From Alphaproteobacteria bacterium (GTDB lineage Bacteria; Pseudomonadota; Alphaproteobacteria; Bin95), in assembly GCA_964291285.2 (NCBI GenBank), contig OZ219788.1:732973-796972 (forward strand): a stretch of 64,000 nt of DNA, in the 5' to 3' direction. Made by a program: the position numbers and the translations under genes. The stretch's first letter is position 1. Each line of letters opens with the position of its first letter. The notes below the pieces were generated by a model, which was not told the DNA's origin, made no database searches, and saw nothing but the letters and a program-made list of their open reading frames with translations. This document shows positions 31,437-39,337 of the stretch, piece after piece.

Positions 31437-32222
31437 TCAGACAATGGCGGCGCCGCCGCAGACATTGATGACCTGCCCCGTGACATAGGATGCCGCCCGG
31501 CTGGCGAGGAAGACCGCGACCGAACCGATCTCGTCCGGATCGCCGATGCGCCTGAGCGGCAGCGCGTTGTTGACGCCCTCCAGCCGCACCGGGTCCGTCC
31601 ACAGCGCCTTGGCGAAATCGGTCTTGATGAGGCCCGGCGCAATGGCATTGGCGCGGATGTTCTTCGGTCCGTATTCTACGGCGATATTCCGCGCGATCTG
31701 GTGCTCGGCCACCTTCGAGATCGCGTAGGCCCCGAGCGTGGTGTTGCCCTTCAGGCCCGCAATCGAAGCGATGATGATGATCGATCCCCCGCCGGCGGTT
31801 TCCATATGGGGCAGGGCGAGCATGCACAGCCAGTGGGTGGAGCGGATATTCGTCTCCATGATCTTGTCGAACGCCGAGTCCGGGATCCCGGCAATCGGCC
31901 CGTAATAGGGGTTGGCGGCCGCGTTGGGCACCGCGATGGTCAGCTTGCCCCACCGGTCCACCGCGCAATCGACCAGCTTCTGCAGCTGGTCCTTGTGGCC
32001 GACATGGGCCGGACAGGAGACCGCTTCCGCCCCGTTTCGCGCCCATTTTTCGTTGATTTCGGCGGTTACTGCATCGCAAACATCCGCCTTGCGCGAGGAG
32101 ACCACGACATGCGCGCCGGCCTCCGCCAGGCGGCAGGCGATTGCCTTGCCGATGCCCTTTGTGGAGCCCGTGACGACGGCGACCTCACCCGAGAGATCGA
32201 ACAGCGAATCGGAGTGCGACAT
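31437..32222 (-). CDS. SDR family oxidoreductase
   Basis: TGSTKGIG, NAA, YAISK, NAIAPGLIKT motifs. Confidence 0.93.
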   Translation of the reverse strand: MSHSDSLFDLSGEVAVVTGSTKGIGKAIACRLAEAGAHVVVSSRKADVCDAVTAEINEKWARNGAEAVSCPAHVGHKDQLQKLVDCAVDRWGKLTIAVPNAAANPYYGPIAGIPDSAFDKIMETNIRSTHWLCMLALPHMETAGGGSIIIIASIAGLKGNTTLGAYAISKVAEHQIARNIAVEYGPKNIRANAIAPGLIKTDFAKALWTDPVRLEGVNNALPLRRIGDPDEIGSVAVFLASRAASYVTGQVINVCGGAAIV

Positions 32223-32390
32223 GGAGATACGCCCGTTTCCTCGTTAATTTTTGCCTGCGGGCCGGTTATGGCTTGTCGAAGTCCGCGACACAACCGGTCA
32301 AGTCAGGGCGAATTAATTGTCTGCCTTTGGGCCATGTTGAGGTGGGGTCCGGGGTGGCTATTTTTTTCTTGATATGGCAGTGTGCCGGTC

Positions 32391-34178
32391 ATGGCGAGGT
32401 TTCTGTTTGCGGGTGTTTGGGTTGATCTTCGCGCGGTCACGGTGCGCCCGACCTGGGGGGCACGGGAGCACCGGCGCTGGGACGATTTGGTAGCGGCGCA
32501 CCACTATCTGCGGTTCCACGGCATCATCGGCAAGGGTCTGCGCCATGTCGCGGTTCATGGCGAGGCCTGGCTTGCCCTGGTTGGCTGGCAGCCTGGAGCG
32601 TTCAAGGTGGGAGCGCGGGACCGCTGGATCGGGTGGTCGGCGGAGCAGCAGTTCCGTCGCCTGCATCTGGTTGCCAACAACTCGCGCTTTGTCATCCTGA
32701 CGCCTGAGCGGGTTCCCAACCTTGCCTCGCGGGTGCTGGGGCTGAGCGTGCGGCGGCTGTCGCAGGACCTGCGGGCGGCGCATGGCTATCCGGCTGTTGT
32801 GGCGGAGACGTTTGTGGACGTCTCGCGCTTCGCCGGCACCTGCTACCGCGCGGCCAACTGGCGCTCTTTGGGTCTGACGCGCGGCTTTGCCCGCGAGCCC
32901 GGAGGGGTGGCGCGCTGGCGTCACCACGGCCAGCCCAAGGAGGTCTTCGTGTTCGAACTGACACACGGCGCCCCCGAGGCGCTGAGCCATCCCGAGATAC
33001 CGGCAGACTGGAACGCTGAGCAGCACACCGAGCCGATGGCGGCGCCCCGGCTGCGCAGCCTGTTCGAGTGTTTGGGCGAGGTGCCCGAATACCGCCATGC
33101 CCGGGGCAAGCGCTATGCGCTCACCACCATTCTGACGCTGGCCGTTGCCGCCCGGCTTGCCGGATACCGGGGTGTGAACGCCTTCGCCCAGTTCGCCGCC
33201 CTGCTCTCCCAGAAGCAACTCAAGGCGGTGGGCGCCTTCTGGAGCCCATCCAGGCAGTGCTACACGCCGCCGGCGGTCACCACCTTCCACAACATCCTCG
33301 CCGCCCTGCCGCCACAGACCCTGGACAATGCCATCGGCCAGTGGGCCGGACAGCACAGCAGTGCGCACGCGCCTGTGGCCATGGACGGAAAGGATTTGCG
33401 CGGTGCCTCGAAGCAGAGCGAAGACCGGCGCAGGAGGATGGTCGCTGCGGTGGCGCATGACACCGGCGTGGTCCTCGGGCAGGTCGAAGTCAGCTCCAAA
33501 AGCAACGAAATCCCGGCCGTGCGCGAACTCTCCAGCGGTCTCGACCTCACAGGCCGGATCGTCACCATCGATGCGATGCACGCCCAGCACGAGACCGCGC
33601 GTTGCCTGCTCGAACGCCGTGCCGACTACGTGGTCAGCGCGGTGAAGGGCAACCAGCAGACCATCCTCGAAGACCTCAAGGCGATCGACTTCAGCGATGC
33701 GCCCTGGCACGAAACCGTCGACAAGGGCCATGGTCGCATTGAGCGCCGACGCTGCGCCGTCGTCGACCTCTGCGCTGCCGAGTGGGACGGCTACGCCCAC
33801 CTTCACGGGCGCCGCCAGGCAATGCGCATGGAACGCGAGCGCAAGATGCTCAAAACCGGCAAGCGCAGCATCGAGGTCACCTGGAGCCTGACGTCGCTTG
33901 GCGCAGAGCGAGCCGGCCCCAAGGAGCTTCTCGATCTGGTGCGCAACCACTGGCACATTGAGAACCGTGTGCACTATGTGCGTGACTTCACCTATGACGA
34001 AGACCGTTGCCGGGCATATGTGCGCCACCTGCCCGGAAATCTGGCCTGCTTGAGCAACGCGGCCATCGCTATCGTGCGCTGCGACGGACGCTTCCGATAT
34101 GTACCCGAGGCCAACCGGCACTACGCCGCCCGCGCCCAAGAGGCCCTCGACGCGATTATGATCGCGCCCAGAGGCTGA
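32391..34178 (+). CDS. ISAs1 transposase with N-terminal DUF4338 (DruA-like) domain
   Basis: N-terminal HHYL, RDRWIGW, NNSRF, PNLASRVL, ETFVD...GTCYRAANW; C-terminal DGKDLRG, KSNEIPA, TIDAMHAQ, VKGNQ, HGRIERR, HWHIEN, YDED; start uncertain (32382 or 32391). Confidence 0.9.
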   Translation: MARFLFAGVWVDLRAVTVRPTWGAREHRRWDDLVAAHHYLRFHGIIGKGLRHVAVHGEAWLALVGWQPGAFKVGARDRWIGWSAEQQFRRLHLVANNSRFVILTPERVPNLASRVLGLSVRRLSQDLRAAHGYPAVVAETFVDVSRFAGTCYRAANWRSLGLTRGFAREPGGVARWRHHGQPKEVFVFELTHGAPEALSHPEIPADWNAEQHTEPMAAPRLRSLFECLGEVPEYRHARGKRYALTTILTLAVAARLAGYRGVNAFAQFAALLSQKQLKAVGAFWSPSRQCYTPPAVTTFHNILAALPPQTLDNAIGQWAGQHSSAHAPVAMDGKDLRGASKQSEDRRRRMVAAVAHDTGVVLGQVEVSSKSNEIPAVRELSSGLDLTGRIVTIDAMHAQHETARCLLERRADYVVSAVKGNQQTILEDLKAIDFSDAPWHETVDKGHGRIERRRCAVVDLCAAEWDGYAHLHGRRQAMRMERERKMLKTGKRSIEVTWSLTSLGAERAGPKELLDLVRNHWHIENRVHYVRDFTYDEDRCRAYVRHLPGNLACLSNAAIAIVRCDGRFRYVPEANRHYAARAQEALDAIMIAPRG

Positions 34179-34315
34179 TACCCCACCCCCCACCGCAATA
34201 CAGGCTCGGGCCGAAGAACGGCGCAGCAAAACAACTGCGCCCGTCGAGGACGAAAACACTGGACCGCGGCATCAAGAAACCACCATGACGGCGGCCAGAA
34301 ACGTCTGGGGTTCCC

Positions 34316-34731
34316 CAAAACCTTCATTGTCGGGCGGGTCGGCCACCCCGTATCATGAAAACAGGTGCCGGCCGCGCGGGCGGGACTTCGGGCTTTTACG
34401 GGGTTGCCTACCGGTCAGGGTCCGCAAGACGGGCGCCGCAGATGGCGAGTATCGGACGCCTCGGGAGCAGTGCTTTGGCGGGGAGGTTTTTTTTGCGCCC
34501 GATCCCCAACAATTTTCACGGCAAAACCTTCATTGTCGGGCGGGTCGGCCACCCCGTATCATGAAAACAGGTGCCGGCCGCGCGGGCGGGACTTCGGGCT
34601 TTTACGGGGTTGCCTACCGGTCAGGGTCCGCAAGACGGGCGCCGCAGATGGCGAGTATCGGACGCCTCGGGAGCAGTGCTTTGGCGGGGAGGTTTTTTTT
34701 GCGCCCGATCCCCAACAATTTTCACGGCAAA
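34316..34731. repeat. Perfect 206-bp tandem duplication inside the IS
   Basis: 34316-34525 matches 34522-34731; CAAA microhomology at junctions. Confidence 0.92.
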
Positions 34732-34805
34732 CACCGGCAGCCAGACCGACATCACTCAGACAAAGCCCGCGGTTCGACTAAAAATTTTCCCTGCCGGTCA
34801 AGTCC

Positions 34806-35990
34806 TTGCGCGCCTATTTCCGTTTCATCGCCGCGAACGCGCCGTTCCTCGGGTTCGGAGTCCTGCTGGCCTGTTTTTCGAGCTTCGGGCAGACCTTCTA
34901 TATCGGGCTGTTCGGCGCCTCGATCCGCGCCGAATTCGCGCTCGACCATGCCGGGTTCGGGTCGCTTTACATGGCGGGCACGCTCGTCAGCGGGTTCGCC
35001 TTCGCCTTCGCCGGGCGCGCGATCGACCGCATTGCGCTTCGCCGCTACGCGGCCTTCGCCCTCGCGGGCCTTGCCGGTGCCTGCGCGCTCATGGCGAGTG
35101 CGGCCGGCGCGATCCTGTTGACGGTAGCACTATGCGGGTTGCGCTTTTTCGGCCAAGGGCTTGTCACCCATACCGCGCACACGGCGACGGCGCGGCATTT
35201 CGAGGGGGACCGCGGCAAGGCGCTGAGCATCGTCATGCTGGGCCATCCGCTGGGCGAGGCCCTGCTGCCGCCGGTCGCCGTGGCGGCGGCGGCGTGGCTC
35301 GGGTGGCGCGAAGTCTGGTGGGCTGCCTCGATCCTGCTGATCGTCGCGATCCTGCCGTCGGCCATGCTGCTGCTTCCCAGGATGCCGCCTCCGGCCCGCT
35401 CCGCGTCCGCACGCGCCGGGGCCTGGAGCATGCTGTTCCGCGACCGGCGGTTCCTGCTGACCCTGCCGGCGGTGCTGGTGCCAGCCTTCGTGTCCACGGG
35501 ATTCGCCTTTCACATCGCGCCGCTGGCCGCCGAACGGAGCTGGGACATGAAGCTCGTGGCCGCCGCATTCAGCGCCTTCGCGGTCGTCAAGGTCGCGACG
35601 TCGCTCGCCATGGGCCCCGCAATCGACCGCTTCGGCGCGCGCGCCCTGTTGCCGGCATTGTTGCTGCCGCTGACCGCCGCGTGCCTCACACTGTCAGCGG
35701 GCGCGGCGCCCTGGATCGCGTTCCTTTTCATGGCCTTTCTAGGCATGTCGGGCGGCGTGACGCAGACCCTGCTGGGCGCCATCTGGGCGGAGGTTTACGG
35801 CGTCGGCCACCTGGGCGCGATCCGCTCGGTCTATTTCGTGCTGATGGTGTTCTCGAGCGCGCTCGCCCCGGCTGCATTCGGGCGCGCCATCGATGCCGGC
35901 GCCGGCCTTGCCGAGATCGGCCTAGCCTGCGCCGCCGTCATGGTCGGCGCCAAGCTGTTGCTGCTTGCCGGCGGCCTCAACCGCCGGTGA
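34806..35990 (+). CDS. MFS transporter
   Basis: SSFGQT, GRAIDRI, LRFFGQG, AEVYGVGHLGAIRS motifs; TTG start 2 bp after the IS target duplication. Confidence 0.88.
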   Translation: MRAYFRFIAANAPFLGFGVLLACFSSFGQTFYIGLFGASIRAEFALDHAGFGSLYMAGTLVSGFAFAFAGRAIDRIALRRYAAFALAGLAGACALMASAAGAILLTVALCGLRFFGQGLVTHTAHTATARHFEGDRGKALSIVMLGHPLGEALLPPVAVAAAAWLGWREVWWAASILLIVAILPSAMLLLPRMPPPARSASARAGAWSMLFRDRRFLLTLPAVLVPAFVSTGFAFHIAPLAAERSWDMKLVAAAFSAFAVVKVATSLAMGPAIDRFGARALLPALLLPLTAACLTLSAGAAPWIAFLFMAFLGMSGGVTQTLLGAIWAEVYGVGHLGAIRSVYFVLMVFSSALAPAAFGRAIDAGAGLAEIGLACAAVMVGAKLLLLAGGLNRR

Positions 35991-36441
35991 GCGCGTCGAG
36001 AACGGCCTGGGCGTGGCCCTTGACGCGCACCTTGCGCCAGATGCGCGCAATCGAGCCTTCCTCGTCGATCAGGAAGGTCGAGCGCTCGATCCCCATATAG
36101 GTGCGGCCGTACATCCGCTTCTCGACCCATACGCCATAGGCTTCCGCCAGGGCGTTGTCCCGGTCGGAGCCCAGAGGGAAGGGCAGGCCGTGTTTCGCCT
36201 TGAAGCGGTCGTGCTTTGCCGGCGTATCGGGCGACACGCCGAGAATGGCGGCGCCGGCCCGGGCGAACTCCTCCGATGCGTCGCGAAAGGCCTGCGCCTC
36301 CGTCGTGCAGCCGGGGGTGTCGTCGCGGGGATAGAAGTAGAGCACGAGCTTCCGCCCGCGATAGTCTCCAAGCGCGACGGTGTTCCCGCCGTCGGCGGGC
36401 AGTTGGAAATCCGGGGCGAGGTCGCCTTCGTTCAGACTCAT
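35977..36441 (-). CDS. bcp: Peroxiredoxin Bcp
   Basis: LYFYPRDDTPGCTTEA, GIERSTFLID motifs. Confidence 0.95.
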   Translation of the reverse strand: MSLNEGDLAPDFQLPADGGNTVALGDYRGRKLVLYFYPRDDTPGCTTEAQAFRDASEEFARAGAAILGVSPDTPAKHDRFKAKHGLPFPLGSDRDNALAEAYGVWVEKRMYGRTYMGIERSTFLIDEEGSIARIWRKVRVKGHAQAVLDALTGG

Positions 36442-36447
36442 TCGATT

Positions 36448-39288
36448 TTACCCTTCCTCTAGATGGTGTCGGAAGAACCGGCGCGTCAGAACGCCGTCCT
36501 GCTCGATCCGCTCGCATACGCCTGCGAAATCCGGACAACCGCATCGTTCCGCAGCCAGCCGGGCCAGCGCCGGCATGTGCTCCGGCGGGGAGTCGCCGGA
36601 CAGACGGAAAAGGGCCTGCAGGTCCGCGAGCCGCGCCGTCGTTGCAGCCAGTTCTTCCCAGGATGCGGGACCGCTCGCCAGCCCGGCCGCTTGCGCCGCA
36701 CGGAAGACCGCCGCTGCGGAGCGTTCCGCGATCGGCGGGTGCGCGGCCGCATGGTTCAGCACCAGGTATTGCGCCAGGAATTCCAGGTCGATCAGGCCGC
36801 CGGGGCGATGCTTGAGGTCGAAAGGCTCGCTGGCCTTGCGTTGCGCCGCCATCTTCGCCCGCATGTCGCGGACGGCTTCGCGCAGGCCGCCATGCGGCTG
36901 CGCCAGGACTTCCATGCGTATGGCGTCCAGCCGCGCCGCCAGTTCCGGCGGTCCGACGGCGACGCGGGACCGGACCAGCGCCATGTGCTCCCAGGTCCAG
37001 GCATCCTCCTTCTGGTAGCGCTCGAACCCGTCGATATGGATGGCGAGAGGCCCGTCCTTTCCCGATGGGCGGAGACGCAGATCGATCTCGAAGAGCCGTC
37101 CTTCTCCCGTCTGGGCCGTAATCGCAGTTTGCAGGCGTTGCATCAGACGATTGAAATAAGTCGATGCCCATAAAGGTTTTTGGCCATCAGAATGCGTCAC
37201 TTCCTGAGGCGCGTCATAAACGGCGACCAAATCGAGGTCGGAACCCAGCGTCAGGTCTCCGCTCCCCCATTTGCCATAAGCCAGAATGGCGAAGCTGCTG
37301 TCCGGGAAAGTGCCGTGCCGTTCCCTGAATTCTTCCAGCGTCGCCGTCAGCAGCGCCTCGACCGCGGCATCGGCGATTTCGGAAAGGCTGGCCCCGGACT
37401 GCCGTGGACTGCGCCGTCCCTGGAGCAGACCGAGACCCGTATCGAAGCGTGCGTCGTTCGCCCAGCGCCGCACGATGTCGAGCACATCCTGGTAGGTCTG
37501 GGAAACCCGCAATGCGCTGTTGAGGTCCTGACGTACCCGGCCATCCAATGCTGCACCGCCCGCCAGCATGCCTTCGAGCACGCCCGGATGGTGGGTCATG
37601 TGCTCGGCGAGGAAAGGCGAGTTGCCGAGCACTTCGGCAACAAGGTCGATGAGCTGCGGATTGGTCTGGAACATTGCGAAGACGGGAACGCCGAGCGGCA
37701 GACGGGCCAGGAAGCGGTCGAAATCCACCAGCACGCGGTCCGGCTCCCGGGCGCCGGCGAGAGACTTGAGCAGGCTCGGCACCAGTTCAGTCAGGATTTC
37801 CCGCGCCCTCGCGCTTCTGGTTGCCCGTATCGAGCCGGAATGCCACGCGCGGACGATTTCGAAGACCCGCTGGGGATTGCGAAAGCCCAGCTCGGTAAGC
37901 GTCGTTGTCGTGCCAGGGTCGGGGTCCGTGCCGGTGAACACCAGATTGCCCGGCTCGGCGAGCGTGTCCGCATCCGAGAACAGGCTGTCGTAAAGTCGCC
38001 GGACATTGTCCAGATGGTCCAGCAGCACATGCGCAAGGGTGTCCTGCCCGCCATGACCCATGAAGCGCGCGAAGCCGGCAAGGCCGCCTGCATCCGGCAG
38101 TTCATGGATCTGCCGGTCGTCGATCATCTGGACGCGATGCTCGACCCTGCGAAGGAATCGGTATGCGTTCTGCAGGTCGTCCGCCGCGCGGCGCTCGACA
38201 TGCCCCGCTGCGACGAGGGCCTCCAGCGCCTCGCAGGTGGGGCGCACGCGCAGGCTCACATCGCGGCCGCCCCAGATCAATTGCTGCGTCTGGACGTAGA
38301 ACTCGATCTCGCGGATGCCGCCGCGCCCGAGCTTCACATTGTGTCCGGCAACCGCCAGCCGGTCATGGCCGCGATGGGCGTGAATCTGGCGCTTGATGGA
38401 ATGGATGTCCTGTATGGCCCAGAAGTCGAGGCTGCGCCGCCAGATGAACGGGCGGATATAGTCCAGAAAGGCCTGGCCGGCAGTCAGGTCTCCGGCCACC
38501 GGCCGGGCCTTCAGCATGGCGGCGCGTTCCCAGTTCTGCCCCATGCTTTCGTAATAGGCTTCCGCTGCCCGGATCGGCACCGCCAGCGGCGTGGAGGCCG
38601 GATCGGGGCGAAGGCGCAGATCGACCCGCTGCACATAGCCGTCTGCGGTGCGCTCCTGCAGCAGGCGGACGAGGTCGCGGGCGAAGCGAACCATCGTCTG
38701 GCCGGTCCTGTCCTGCCGCCGCACCGGCGCGAGCGCATCATCGTAGATCAGCACGATGTCGATGTCGCTCGAATAGTTGAGCTCGGCGGCCCCCAGCTTG
38801 CCCATTCCGAGTACCACGATGCCCGAACCGTCCGGCTCGGCGCCGGTGTATTCGCGTCCGGTGGCGAGCAGATGGCGAACGGCTGCGTCCAGGGCGGCAG
38901 CCGCGAAGGAACTCAGCGTTCCGGTGACCTGTTCCAGCGTCCATTCGCCGGCGATATCGGCGACGGCGACCGCCGCTGCAAGCCGGGCGCGTTCCTCCCG
39001 GAAGGTCCGCATCCAGCCGGCGGTGTCGAAATCGGCCGGAAGCTCCCGGAGCCGCGCAAACAGCGCTTCGACCGACCTGTCAGGCCCTTCGGCGGCAAGG
39101 ATCCGCGAAAAATCGGGGAACCTCAGCAGGGAATCGGTGAGGAACGGGCTCGACCCCAGCACCGCCCAGACTGCACGGCCCCGCGGGGTATCGCGGTCCA
39201 ACGGCCCAATCTGCGCCTGCCAGTCCTCCAGACGGCGGGCGGCCAATTCGGGATGGGCCGGAAGGGGGTGGTTCTCGACTGTCGTCAT
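36448..39288 (-). CDS. glnE: Bifunctional glutamine synthetase adenylyltransferase/adenylyl-removing enzyme
   Basis: Two nucleotidyltransferase motifs (GKLGAAELNYSSDID; GKWGSGDLTLGSDLD), DLRLRP twice, KLGRGGIREIEF; start uncertain (39288-39324). Confidence 0.95.
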   Translation of the reverse strand: MTTVENHPLPAHPELAARRLEDWQAQIGPLDRDTPRGRAVWAVLGSSPFLTDSLLRFPDFSRILAAEGPDRSVEALFARLRELPADFDTAGWMRTFREERARLAAAVAVADIAGEWTLEQVTGTLSSFAAAALDAAVRHLLATGREYTGAEPDGSGIVVLGMGKLGAAELNYSSDIDIVLIYDDALAPVRRQDRTGQTMVRFARDLVRLLQERTADGYVQRVDLRLRPDPASTPLAVPIRAAEAYYESMGQNWERAAMLKARPVAGDLTAGQAFLDYIRPFIWRRSLDFWAIQDIHSIKRQIHAHRGHDRLAVAGHNVKLGRGGIREIEFYVQTQQLIWGGRDVSLRVRPTCEALEALVAAGHVERRAADDLQNAYRFLRRVEHRVQMIDDRQIHELPDAGGLAGFARFMGHGGQDTLAHVLLDHLDNVRRLYDSLFSDADTLAEPGNLVFTGTDPDPGTTTTLTELGFRNPQRVFEIVRAWHSGSIRATRSARAREILTELVPSLLKSLAGAREPDRVLVDFDRFLARLPLGVPVFAMFQTNPQLIDLVAEVLGNSPFLAEHMTHHPGVLEGMLAGGAALDGRVRQDLNSALRVSQTYQDVLDIVRRWANDARFDTGLGLLQGRRSPRQSGASLSEIADAAVEALLTATLEEFRERHGTFPDSSFAILAYGKWGSGDLTLGSDLDLVAVYDAPQEVTHSDGQKPLWASTYFNRLMQRLQTAITAQTGEGRLFEIDLRLRPSGKDGPLAIHIDGFERYQKEDAWTWEHMALVRSRVAVGPPELAARLDAIRMEVLAQPHGGLREAVRDMRAKMAAQRKASEPFDLKHRPGGLIDLEFLAQYLVLNHAAAHPPIAERSAAAVFRAAQAAGLASGPASWEELAATTARLADLQALFRLSGDSPPEHMPALARLAAERCGCPDFAGVCERIEQDGVLTRRFFRHHLEEG

Positions 39289-39337
39289 CGTTCCCATAGG
39301 TCTCATATAGTGAGGGGCGGTCAAGCGGAGCGGATAA

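Larger units (their letters stand above)
32304..34793 (+). mobile_element. Complete ISAs1-family insertion sequence, 2490 bp
   Basis: Imperfect terminal IRs CAGGGCGAATTAATTGT (32304-32320) and revcomp CAGGGAAAATTTTTAGT (34777-34793), 12/17 identical; 10-bp target duplication CCGGTCAAGT at 32294-32303 and 34794-34803. Confidence 0.9.

Noticed and set aside
32391-33000. Druantia defence system
   Set aside because: The DUF4338 domain is part of a transposase inside IS ends; no DruE-type helicase partner is adjacent
34316-34731. CRISPR array
   Set aside because: Two contiguous 206-bp copies with no spacers and no cas genes
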